DNA from: Planctomycetota bacterium
Lineage (GTDB): Bacteria; Planctomycetota; UBA8742; UBA2392
Direction: 5' to 3'
Length of the DNA stretch: 64,000 nt
Assembly (NCBI GenBank): GCA_027493625.1
Contig: JAOSKM010000001.1
Location: 20,657-84,656 of the forward strand
A program made the position numbers and the translations under genes. This document shows positions 31,498 through 43,568 of this stretch, piece after piece. Numbering within the stretch: position 1 is the stretch's first letter; every line of letters begins with the position of its first letter. Under the pieces are notes generated by a model, which saw nothing but the letters and a program-made list of their open reading frames with translations, did no database searches and was not told the DNA's origin.

Positions 31498-31741
31498 GGC
31501 GCGGAGCGCCATCACAATGGAAGCCCCCACCGAACGCCCACGGCGTTCGGTGGGGGTTTTCGGTGGAGCAAGTTGAGAGGCGCGGAGCGCGGGCAGAACG
31601 GCTGCTTGCGGCCGAACGGTTCTCGCGGCAAGCGCGGCGAGTGTGTCGGCGCATCCGCGCCTCAAAACATGGGTTGGTACCAAGCCCCCACCGAATGCTG
31701 CGCATTCGGTGGGGGCTTCCACTGTGAAGGCGCTCCGCGCC
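31498..31741. repeat. Palindromic repeat element, family B
   Basis: Bounded by ggcgcggagcgcc (31498-31510) and ggcgctccgcgcc (31729-31741). Inner hairpins ggaagcccccaccgaa...ttcggtggggg sit at both ends. The core matches 18940-19030 in reverse complement at about 90%. Confidence 0.75.
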
Positions 31742-31831
31742 GAAAAACCAAGCGATGACCGTTTCGCTTGATCCGGCAGTATTGGGCAATCCTGACGGTG
31801 AGCGATTAGGCGCAGCGGCATGGCCGTGGCA

Positions 31832-33745
31832 CTACTTGGCGCGTTTGGCTGCTTCTTTGGCCTGCAGCTCGGCGCGGTCCTGCTCGAAGTGCTGGTAGAT
31901 GGCTTCCGCCAGTTTCTCGTTCACGCCCTCCACCTGCTTCAGCTCTTCCAGCGTGGCCAGCTTCACACCGCGCGGCGAGCCGAACTTGCGGATCAGCGCT
32001 TTCTTCTTCTTCGGTCCCACGCCCGGCACGGAATCCAGGCTGCTGCTGATCTGCGACTTGCCGCGCAGCTGCCGGTGGAACGTGATCGCGAAGCGGTGCG
32101 CCTCGTCCCGGATGCGCATCAGCAGGTACAGCGCCGGGCTGCGCTGGTCCAGCGTGATCGGCTCAATGCGCCCCGGCAGGAAGATGCGCTCGGCCGTGCG
32201 CTCGGCGTCCTCTCCCCAGGCGGTTTCCCAGCCGGGGCGTTTCTTGTCGCGCGACTTGGCCAGCGAGATCAGGTCGATGCCCACCACGTTCAGCTCATCG
32301 AACACCTGCTGCACGCGGTTGAGCTGGCCGGGGCCGCCGTCGATCACGATCAGATCCGGCAGATTGCCCTCTTCCATGCCGCGGCGCAGGCGGCGGCGCA
32401 GCACTTCTTCCATGCTGGCGAAGTCGTCGTTGCGGTCGTGGGTCTTGATCTTGTACTTGCGGTACTGGCCCTTGGCGGGCTCGCCGTCGATGAAGCACAC
32501 GCCCGAGGCCACGGTGTCCTTGCCGCCGCCGTGGCTGATGTCAAAGCACTCCATGCGCACCGGCGTGCGCTCGAGCCCGGCCGCTTCCTGCAGGGCTGAC
32601 AGCAGCTGCTTGTTGCGCTGCTCGGTCTCGGCGCGCACCTTCATGGCGTGGCGCGCGTTGATGTTGGCCATCTCGGCCTGCTTGGCGCGCTCGCCGCGCT
32701 GCGGGCAGCTGATCTGCACGCGGCGCTCGGCGCGGTCGGAAATCCAGGCGGCCAGCGCATCCATGCCCTCCAGCTCGATGGGCACCACGATCTCGTCCGG
32801 CACGAACGAGGCGCGCTCATAGAACTGCATCAGGAACTGGCTCAGCACCTCGTCATCGGGCAGCAGGCTCTGGAACTCGCGGGTGGCCGAGTCCTCCAGT
32901 TTGCCGTCGCGGTACATCAGCGTGGCGATGCTGAGCCGGTCCGCCTCGCGGTGGATGCCGTGCACGTCGCGGTGCACTGCCTTGGTCAGGCCAACCTGCG
33001 CGCGCTGGCGCATGGTGGTCTCCTGCACGGCCAGCATCTTGTCGCGGAGCTCGGCCGCCTTTTCGAACTTCAGCTCGGCGGCGGCCTCGTTCATCTGCTG
33101 TTCGAGCAGCTTGACCACGCCCGGGTCCTGGCCGTTGAGCACGCGGATGAAGCCCTTCAGGATTTCGGCGTACTCTTCCTTGTTGACCATGCCCGCCACG
33201 CAGGGCGCCTTGCACACGCCGATCTCGTTGTACACGCACGGCCTGGAGCGGTTTGCCATCACGTGGTCGCTGCACAGGCGCAGCGGGTAGAGGCGCTTGA
33301 GAACCTCCAGCGTCTTGTACAGCTTGCTGGCGCTGGAGTATGGGCCGATGTAGGTCGCGCCGTCGTGCTTGTACTTGTGCACGATGGTCGCGCGCGGGTA
33401 GTCGTGCCGCATGTCGATGCGCACGCTGACAAACGTGCGGTCGTCGCTGGCAAGCTGGATGTTGTAGTGCGGCCGGAAGCGCTTGATCAGGTTGTTCTCA
33501 AGGACCAGCGCCTCTTTCTCGTTGCCGACCACGATGAACTCGACGCTTTGCGCCTTGCGCATCAGGAAGGGTATGTGCGCGCGGCCGTCGGCGTCGGGGC
33601 GCAGGTAGGCGCGCACGCGGTTGCCGAGGTCGATGGCCTTTCCGACGTACAGCACCTTGCCGCGCGCGTCCTTGAACAGGTAGCAGCCCGGCTCATGGGG
33701 CGCGGCGTAGATCTGCCGCTCGAGCAGTGAGTCGTCTTCAGCCAT
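31832..33745 (-). CDS. uvrC: Excinuclease ABC subunit C
   Basis: N-terminal GIY-YIG domain (GCYLFKDARGKVLYVGKA), UVR domain (FEKAAELRDKMLAV), endonuclease domain and C-terminal HhH. Confidence 0.95.
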   Translation of the reverse strand: MAEDDSLLERQIYAAPHEPGCYLFKDARGKVLYVGKAIDLGNRVRAYLRPDADGRAHIPFLMRKAQSVEFIVVGNEKEALVLENNLIKRFRPHYNIQLASDDRTFVSVRIDMRHDYPRATIVHKYKHDGATYIGPYSSASKLYKTLEVLKRLYPLRLCSDHVMANRSRPCVYNEIGVCKAPCVAGMVNKEEYAEILKGFIRVLNGQDPGVVKLLEQQMNEAAAELKFEKAAELRDKMLAVQETTMRQRAQVGLTKAVHRDVHGIHREADRLSIATLMYRDGKLEDSATREFQSLLPDDEVLSQFLMQFYERASFVPDEIVVPIELEGMDALAAWISDRAERRVQISCPQRGERAKQAEMANINARHAMKVRAETEQRNKQLLSALQEAAGLERTPVRMECFDISHGGGKDTVASGVCFIDGEPAKGQYRKYKIKTHDRNDDFASMEEVLRRRLRRGMEEGNLPDLIVIDGGPGQLNRVQQVFDELNVVGIDLISLAKSRDKKRPGWETAWGEDAERTAERIFLPGRIEPITLDQRSPALYLLMRIRDEAHRFAITFHRQLRGKSQISSSLDSVPGVGPKKKKALIRKFGSPRGVKLATLEELKQVEGVNEKLAEAIYQHFEQDRAELQAKEAAKRAK

Positions 33746-33833
33746 TGCCCTATTGATACACCGCGCCGGGCGGTTGTGTCAGAGGTCGGAGGTCAGAGGT
33801 CGGAGGCATGCGCTCTGCGGCGATCGCGCGCCT

Positions 33834-35495
33834 TTACTTATCCTTCTCGGGGCCGGCGGCATGGTGGGTGTCCTTGCGCTCGATGGCCGCGCGCGACCAG
33901 CTGTAGTCGCGCAGCAGCACGCCCCAGGCCTGCTTGGCGCGCTCGGCTTCGCCCTCGCGCTCATAGCTGAGGGCGATCCAGTATTGCGCGTCGTCGCAGA
34001 TCGAGCTGCGCACCTGGTCGAGCTCCAGCACCTGGCGCAGGCTGGTGCGGCCTTCCTCATATTTGCCGGCGTTGATCAGTGCCTTGCCCAGCCGGTAGCG
34101 GCAGTTGGCGGCCAGCGGGTGGTCCGGGTTGGCCTTCAGCCAGGCGCGGTATTGCTCGGCGCCCTTCTCGTTCACCCACTCGGCCTTGCCGCCGTTGCGG
34201 AAGTCTTCGTCGCGGATGCGGATGAACTGTTCCTCGGCGTCGCCCATGCGCTTCTCCACCAGTTCCAGCGTGAAGGCGGCCGCGGTGTCCAGCGCTTCGC
34301 GCAGGGGCAGGCCCGACAGCTCGGCGTACAGCTTGCCGTAGTCCTCGCCCTTCAGCAGGCGCTGGCAGAAGGCGTGCACGGCGCCCTTCTTGCGGCCTTC
34401 CAGCCACAGGAACGCGGCCGCGTCTTCGAGGTAATCGTTGGTGTCGTGGTCGGCGTCGTCGATGCCGTCGAGCAGCTTGCGCGGGTCGCGGCCTGAGAAG
34501 GTCTCGCCGCCGACGATGGCGGCCAGCCGGTCCTCCAGCTGCTCGGCGCCGTACACGGCCAGCCCCTCGCGCACCCACTTGGGCAGGTCGAGGTAGGCCT
34601 GGCCCATCACGTCGCGGAAAGCCGCGTGCTTGAGCTCATGGACGATGCGGCTGCGATGGTCCTCGGTGCTGACCACCACGTGCTCGGTGTAGAAGATGAT
34701 GCGGGTGTAGGGCTTGTAATCGACGGCGATGGTCTCGGTGATCGCGCGGTTGGTGTCGCGCACGAAGCCCTTGTCGCGGAACTCGAACACCACCTGCGCG
34801 CCCTTGAGGTCAACGCCGAGGGTGCGCTTCAGTATCTTCCAGGCGTCGGCCACCTCGCGCGGCATGCGCTTGAGCGCGGCCTGGAAGCGCGCGTCATCGA
34901 CGAACTTGCCGTTGTAGCCGGTGACCAGGCCGTTCTTGTCGATCTCGAGTTTCGGGTTGATGCGCTCAAGGTAGTAGATGGCCGAGTTCTGCAGCTTCGA
35001 GTCCGGGAACTGCTTCTGGAACGCCTTGAGGTCTTTCTCGGCCTGCTCGAACTGCCACAGGCGGAAGCGGCTCTGGCCGATCATGTAGGTCCAGCGGTCG
35101 CGGTTGGCGCCTTCGGGCTCGGCTTTCAGGTTGGCTTCGCACTGGGCGATGCAGTCCTCAAGTCGCCGCGCGGCGTCCAGCAGCGTGACCAGCTCGTTGC
35201 GCGCCTTGCCCGCGTGGCGGCTGCCGGGGTGCTTCTCCAGCAGCGCGCGGTACAGCTCTTCGCCGCGGGCGTAGTCGCCCCCGTTCAGGCCCGCGTTGCC
35301 GCCCATGTAGTGGGCGGCGTCGGCGTACTTGTAGTCGGCGTGGTCGGCCGTGAACTTCTCGGCCTTCTCCAGCGTCTCGGCGTAGCGCTTGGCCTTGAAG
35401 GCCTCGAGCAGGGCCTGGTAGTCGGCCCCGGCGTCGGCAAACAGCGGCGCGGCCAGCAGCAGCGAGAGAAGCAGGATGCGGGTCAGCATGCTCAA
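33834..35495 (-). CDS. Secreted TPR-flanked putative gluzincin-like metallopeptidase
   Basis: Signal peptide MSMLTRILLLSLLLAAPLFA. TPR-like helices at both ends. Central HExxH (VHELKHAAF) followed by EGLAVYGAE as a possible third ligand. Confidence 0.55.
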   Translation of the reverse strand: MSMLTRILLLSLLLAAPLFADAGADYQALLEAFKAKRYAETLEKAEKFTADHADYKYADAAHYMGGNAGLNGGDYARGEELYRALLEKHPGSRHAGKARNELVTLLDAARRLEDCIAQCEANLKAEPEGANRDRWTYMIGQSRFRLWQFEQAEKDLKAFQKQFPDSKLQNSAIYYLERINPKLEIDKNGLVTGYNGKFVDDARFQAALKRMPREVADAWKILKRTLGVDLKGAQVVFEFRDKGFVRDTNRAITETIAVDYKPYTRIIFYTEHVVVSTEDHRSRIVHELKHAAFRDVMGQAYLDLPKWVREGLAVYGAEQLEDRLAAIVGGETFSGRDPRKLLDGIDDADHDTNDYLEDAAAFLWLEGRKKGAVHAFCQRLLKGEDYGKLYAELSGLPLREALDTAAAFTLELVEKRMGDAEEQFIRIRDEDFRNGGKAEWVNEKGAEQYRAWLKANPDHPLAANCRYRLGKALINAGKYEEGRTSLRQVLELDQVRSSICDDAQYWIALSYEREGEAERAKQAWGVLLRDYSWSRAAIERKDTHHAAGPEKDK

Positions 35496-36571
35496 TCCCT
35501 GACCTCTTTAACGGCCCTGGCGGCGTCTGCTTCCCCAAGAATATCGAGCGCGCGGGCGTACAGCTCGCGGGTGCGGGGCCAGTCGTAGTCCCAGTAGCTG
35601 CCGAACTTCACGAAGTCGAAGTGGTCGAAGGGCCGAGGCTTGCCGCGAGCCTCAAGATAGGCTGCCCAGCGCTGCTGCATCGCGGCTTTGGCGGCCCGGG
35701 CGCATTTTTTCGTGTCCTGCCCCGCCGCTTCCAGGGCGGCCAGGCGCCGCAGCTCCCATGGCACGTAACGCCGCCACTGTGCGCCGGGGCCGCAGTGGGT
35801 GATGGTCGTTCCGGAGTCGCGCTCCAGTTTTGCCAGCGTTTCACAGGTGGCGGCCAAAGCGGCGTGATCACCGGCCAGGGATTGCACGTCGGCCAGGTCG
35901 GCGAGGGTGGCGGTCCAGGCGCGGTTCTCGGCGGTGCGCTGGGGCTCGCTGAAGCTGTCGCGCAGCGCCGTCAGCGAAGCGGTTTTCCCGGCGATGGTCG
36001 CGGCGAACCAGCTGAAGCTGAAGTCTTCGATCTGCCTGCCGCCGGCGTGCTGGAGCTTCAGCGGAGCGTCCGCGGTCTGGCCGAACAGTTCCGGCGGCAG
36101 GCCCGTGAAGGCAACGCTGACGGGCACGGACTCCGGCAGCGCGGCGTAACCGCGCAGGTGACTGAGCCGCACGCGCAGCTCCCGGCGACCCAGGATGTGG
36201 GCGTGCGGCAGCAGCGTGGTACCGCAGTTGTAGGACCAGGCCAGCGTGTGCCGCGCGCCGGCCTCAATGCGCAGCTTCCAGCGGAACGCGCGGGATTCAT
36301 GCCCGGCGGGCGCGTGCGCCTTGCCGTCCAGCTGCAGGGTGAACGCCTCGTGCTGCTTGGCGGGGATGAAGTCGTCGGGTAGCGAAAGCTCGAACTCGCC
36401 GGCCGCGCCCGGGTTGGCCAGGGTGACGCGGCAGGCTACTTCGGCCTCATTGCCGGGCAGCAGTCTGATCTCCAGCGCCGCGGACTCGAGCGTGAAGTCA
36501 CTTCCGCGTTCGGGCGCGACGGCCCACAGGGGCGCGCAACACAGGCAGAGCAGGCAAAGCAGTCGCAGCAT
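35492..36571 (-). CDS. Secreted hypothetical protein
   Basis: Start at ATG 36571 (MLRLLCLLCLCCAPLWAVA). 4-bp overlap with the downstream TPR/HExxH gene. No family recognised. Confidence 0.5.
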   Translation of the reverse strand: MLRLLCLLCLCCAPLWAVAPERGSDFTLESAALEIRLLPGNEAEVACRVTLANPGAAGEFELSLPDDFIPAKQHEAFTLQLDGKAHAPAGHESRAFRWKLRIEAGARHTLAWSYNCGTTLLPHAHILGRRELRVRLSHLRGYAALPESVPVSVAFTGLPPELFGQTADAPLKLQHAGGRQIEDFSFSWFAATIAGKTASLTALRDSFSEPQRTAENRAWTATLADLADVQSLAGDHAALAATCETLAKLERDSGTTITHCGPGAQWRRYVPWELRRLAALEAAGQDTKKCARAAKAAMQQRWAAYLEARGKPRPFDHFDFVKFGSYWDYDWPRTRELYARALDILGEADAARAVKEVRD

Positions 36572-36600
36572 GCAACCAGCATAGAGGCGCACGCGATGCT

Positions 36601-36636
36601 GGCAAAAGCAAACCGGACGCCCGAGGGCGTCCGGTT
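36601..36636 (-). terminator. Rho-independent terminator downstream of the pyrophosphatase gene
   Basis: 11-bp stem aaccggacgcc/ggcgtccggtt with a 4-nt loop, followed on the minus strand by tgcttttgcc. Confidence 0.55.
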
Positions 36637-36651
36637 GCAGGTGCATCAGGG

Positions 36652-39537
<2,886 letters not shown>

Positions 39538-39541
<4 letters not shown>

Positions 39542-40674
39542 TTCTGAATCTCCTGGTGCGCTCGGTCTATCGCCTCCGGGGGCAGCAACTCGGGCCGGCC
39601 CGCGAAGTTGATTCTTACGTCGTCCAAAAACTCCAGTGCGGCGCTCTGCCCGCCGATCCGGTGGGCGTTCTCTATACCCGAGACGAACGCTTCTGCAACT
39701 GCTTCCTTATAGCGCCGGGCAAAATCTTCCCGCGCCTCCTGCAACAGGGTCGGCGGCAGCCGACGCGCCGCCATACGGACGCTGTTCAGCAGCGCCCCTT
39801 CGATCGCCATACCGTGCGGGCGAACCTGCAGGGCAGGCGTGATCACGAGCACCATGGCGTGCAGCCGGCACCAGTGGGCCAGCGCCAGGAACGCCAGCAG
39901 GTCGGGGCCGAGGCTGAACAGCTCGCGCATCTGCGCGCGCTCCAGCGGGTGGAAGGCTTCGCCCAGCTCGCCCTGTTCGGCGGTCGATAGCGCCTCAAAA
40001 CCCGGGTCCAGCAGGCGGTTGCGGTCGGACTCATCCAGCGAGTAGTAGTCGTCGGCCAGGTCGAACAGGTTGAGTTGCAGACCGACGTTTTCCAGGAAGT
40101 CGTCCAGCAGAGCCTGGTCGGAGGGGCTGAGCCCGGCGTGCAGCTTCAGCGCCACGCCGGTGATCTCGGCCCAGGCGGGATCGGCTTCGCGCAGCTTCTC
40201 GCGCTGGGCGGCCAGAATCGCGGACGGGTAGCCGATCGAGCGGTTGAGCACGAAGTTCCATTCGTCGAGGCGCAGGGTGGCGTCGCCGGGCAGCCGCTGC
40301 TGGCCTTCGTGCAGGGTTTTCAGGCCGCGGACGACCCACTCTTCGCGGCGCTCGCGCTCGGGGAACTGGGTCGAGATGTTGTAGGCCTGGTTCCAGGCCA
40401 GGTAGCTGTAGACGGCGGGGTTGCGGGGCTGCAGCTCGCGGATCAGCTGGTAGGTGGCCAGGGTTTCGTACAGGTCGCCGCGCCGGTAGGCGTCGCCGGC
40501 GCGCAGCCACAGCGCGGTGGTGGCGTAGCCGCGGGTGGCGCCCAGCACTCGGATGCCGGTGGCGCGGGCGATCTCGCCGGCGTCGGCCTGCACGGCGCGC
40601 TCGGGGGTCGGCAGCAGCAGGCTGGTCAGCAGTGCGGCGGCAATCACGAGCAGGTAGGGCGCAAAGCGGCGCAT
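39538..40674 (-). CDS. Hypothetical protein with an N-terminal TM anchor, translationally coupled to hppA
   Basis: 378 aa (MRRFAPYLLVIAAALLTSLLLP). ATGA overlap with the hppA start. No family recognised. Confidence 0.5.
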
Positions 40675-40790
40675 GGTGGCGGACGTTAGCAGAAACCCCG
40701 GGCCGTTGGAGAGAAAACGGCGAGACTGCCTGTTGTGCTTTGGATGAAGTGGAAGTACCTTTCCCGCCGCGCCAAGGCGCTGACAACTAT

Positions 40791-40866
<76 letters not shown>

Positions 40867-41004
40867 TACTTCGCGGCCCTCTTTCCGCTCGCGCGGAAAG
40901 AGGGCCGCTACGTATGGCAGGCCATCGCAAGATGAAGCCCCCAGCCTCGTGGGCCGCGAAGTATGGTGTCCTCCGTAGCCTTGGCGAAGGAGGACTGGCC
41001 GACA

Positions 41005-41247
41005 ATGTGGTACGTCTACATCATTCGCAGCACTTCCCACCCCGACCGCATCTACTTTGGCATCACGGATGACATCCAGCGCCGCCTGAAAGAACACAAC
41101 AGCGGAAACTCGAAGCACACATCCAAGTGGATGCCATGGGAGTATGTGGTCGTGTTGCGGTTCGCGGATGAACGCAGAGCACGAGATTTCGAGAAGTATC
41201 TGAAGACGGGTTCCGGAAACGCGTTCGCCAAGCGGCACTTTTTGTAA
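41005..41247 (+). CDS. Small GIY-YIG (URI-type) nuclease-family protein
   Basis: 80 aa (MWYVYIIRSTSHPDRIYFGITDDIQRRLKEHNSG...) with RBS GAAGGAGGA upstream. Visibly lower GC than the flanks. Confidence 0.8.
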   Translation: MWYVYIIRSTSHPDRIYFGITDDIQRRLKEHNSGNSKHTSKWMPWEYVVVLRFADERRARDFEKYLKTGSGNAFAKRHFL

Positions 41248-41383
41248 CAGGCGCCGCTCCCACGGAAAAAGGGCCGCGAAGTATGGTGTCCTCCATCCGC
41301 GCCAGCGCAGCGCGTTGGCAAGCGGACGTTGCGGCGGTCTCGTTTCGATGCCAAGCTGACCGGCCGGACTGCGGGGCGCGGCC

Positions 41384-41857
41384 ATGGGTGAGATTCGAAT
41401 CCGCAAGTACGACCACCTGCGTGATGCCCGCCGTTTTGCGGCGTTGAACTACCGCACTTTCCGCGATTCCATCCCGGCCGAAGAGCCCGTTGATGAAGAT
41501 GACTTCAAGCGTCATCACCAGTGGCTGCTCAGCCACTTCGCGCCGCACGACCCGCAGAGAAACACGGTGCTGGTGGCCGAGATTGAGGGCAAGTACGCCG
41601 GCCATTGCTGGGTCGGACGGCAGACCGACTTCTTCACCCAGCGCGTCGACCCCTGGATTTTCGACCTGTCCGTCGCGCCCGAGTTCCGCCGTCGCGGCGT
41701 CGCCACCGCGCTGCACAGGGCGGTGCTGGAATTGCTGCGCGCCCAGGGCCAGCAGCTTGTCGGCCTGCAGGTGATGGCGCACAACATCGGCGCCGCGAAG
41801 CTGTACGAGAAACTGGGCTATCGTCCGCGAGCGATCAGCCTGAAGAAGAAGCTGTAG
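41384..41857 (+). CDS. GNAT-family N-acetyltransferase
   Basis: 157 aa with acetyl-CoA motif A (VAPEFRRRGVATALHRAV) and a C-terminal NIGAAKLYEKLGY block. Confidence 0.8.
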   Translation: MGEIRIRKYDHLRDARRFAALNYRTFRDSIPAEEPVDEDDFKRHHQWLLSHFAPHDPQRNTVLVAEIEGKYAGHCWVGRQTDFFTQRVDPWIFDLSVAPEFRRRGVATALHRAVLELLRAQGQQLVGLQVMAHNIGAAKLYEKLGYRPRAISLKKKL

Positions 41858-42072
41858 TTCAGGAGGCAGGAGGCTGGATGCAGGAGGCAGGAAAAGCTGA
41901 CGCGCTCCAAATCTTTCCTCAGCTCTGCTTCTGCAACCTGCCAACTGCGTCCCGCTTCCTGCTTCCTGCTTCCTGCTTCCTGCCTCCTGCGAACTGCCTC
42001 CTGCCCATCACCCTTGCCTTCTACTGGTGATCGCAATACCATTACCGCGGGTACTTTGCGCCAGAGAGTTAA

Positions 42073-42810
42073 ATGAACCTCCCCGTTCCCGCGCACATCG
42101 CGATCATCATGGACGGCAACGGCCGCTGGGCCGAGGCCCGCGGCATGCGTCGCGTGAAGGGGCACCAGGCCGGCATCGACAGCGTGCGCGCGATCAGCGA
42201 AGAGTGCGCGCGGCTGGGCGTGGGGCAGCTCACGCTGTACGCGTTCTCGGAAGAAAACTGGAAGCGCCCGCGCCTCGAGATCGAGTTCCTGATGCGCATG
42301 CTGAAGCGCTTCCTGGTCAAGGAACGCGACACGCTGATGCGCAACAACATGCGCTTTTCCGCGATCGGCCGCCTCGAGCGCCTGCCCAAGGACGTGCGCA
42401 AGGAACTCGAGAAAACCACCGAGCTGACCGGCCGCAACACCGGCACGCTGCTCTGCCTGGCGCTGAGCTACGGCGGGCGCGCTGAGCTGGCCGACGCCAT
42501 GCGCAAGCTGGCCCTGAAGGTCGAGCGCGGAGAGTTGAAGGCCGAGCAGATCGACGAAGCCGCCATCACCGCGCACCTGTACCAGCCCGACATGCCGGAG
42601 CCCGACCTGGTGATCCGCACGGCGGGCGAGATGCGGCTCAGCAACTTCCTGCTCTGGCAGATCAGCTACGCCGAGCTGTACGTCACCGACACCCTGTGGC
42701 CCGACTTCCGCGAAGAGCACCTGCACGCGGCCCTGCGCGACTTCGGCGGGCGCGAACGCCGCTTCGGCGGCCTGAAGAAGCGCGCGGAATCCCAGTCTGC
42801 GGCCGGTTAG
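42073..42810 (+). CDS. uppS: Undecaprenyl (di-trans,poly-cis) diphosphate synthase
   Basis: HIAIIMDGNGRWA, TLYAFSEENWKRP, IRTAGEMRLSNFLLWQISYAELY, RRFGG. Confidence 0.9.
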   Translation: MNLPVPAHIAIIMDGNGRWAEARGMRRVKGHQAGIDSVRAISEECARLGVGQLTLYAFSEENWKRPRLEIEFLMRMLKRFLVKERDTLMRNNMRFSAIGRLERLPKDVRKELEKTTELTGRNTGTLLCLALSYGGRAELADAMRKLALKVERGELKAEQIDEAAITAHLYQPDMPEPDLVIRTAGEMRLSNFLLWQISYAELYVTDTLWPDFREEHLHAALRDFGGRERRFGGLKKRAESQSAAG

Positions 42811-42868
42811 CGACTTGCAAGGCATTGCGGTTCGCGGCACCGTAGGGGGACTTCCCGCGGGGTCAGCC

Positions 42869-43520
42869 ATGCTCAATCACGTTCTGTTGCCGACGTCGCA
42901 CTGCGTCACCTACCCGGCCATGCAGGCGCGGCTGAACAAGCTGCTGGCCGAGCGCGCCGACACAGGCTCGGACCGCGCGGCCATCGACGCCCAGATCTGG
43001 GACCTGTACGGCGAGACCTGGGCCGTGATGTACACCGACCTGGCCGGCTTTTTCCCGCCACGTGGCCAGCTTTGGCGTGACGCACTTCCTGCAGGTGATC
43101 TTCGAGTCGTTCCGCATCTACATCCCGATCGTCGAGGCCCACAGCGGGTTGCTGCTGAAGGTCGAAGGCGACAGCATGATGGTGCTGTTCCGCCGGCCGG
43201 AACTGGCGCTCAAGTGCGCGATCGCGATGCAGCAGGCCAGCCACGCCTACAACGGCGACCGCGACGACGCCGAGAAGCTGCTGCTGAGCATCGGCCTGGG
43301 CTACGGGAAGGTGCTGAAGTTCGGCGACCAGGACGTCTACGGCAGCGAGGTCAACGTGGCCTGCAAGCTGGGTGAAGACCTGGGCCGGCACTGGAGCATC
43401 CAGTGCTCGGATGGCTTCCACGTGGCGGTCAAGGACGGCCCGGGGCTGAAGCTGGTGAAGGCGCAGGCCACGCCGCTGGGCACGCCGCAGGCCTGGGAGC
43501 TCGAGTACGAGCCCGGGTAA
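42869..43520 (+). CDS. Single-domain class III adenylate/guanylate cyclase, interrupted by one frameshift
   Basis: ORF 42815-43375 gives AVMYTDLAGF (metal-binding Asp). ORF 43062-43520 gives ASFGVTHFLQV..., KVEGDSMMVLF and DVYGSEVNVACKLGE. Removing one T from T5 at 43049-43053 restores AVMYTDLAGFSRHVASFGVTHF. The start is uncertain (ATG 42869 or 42920). Confidence 0.7.
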
Positions 43521-43527
43521 ACGAAAA

Positions 43528-43553
43528 GACGCCCGGCGCAAAGGCCGGGCGTC
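43528..43553. terminator. Bidirectional hairpin terminator between convergent genes
   Basis: 10-bp stem gacgcccggc/gccgggcgtc with a 6-nt loop, A-run upstream and T-rich tract downstream. Confidence 0.55.
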
Positions 43554-43568
43554 TGTGGTTTCGCCTGC

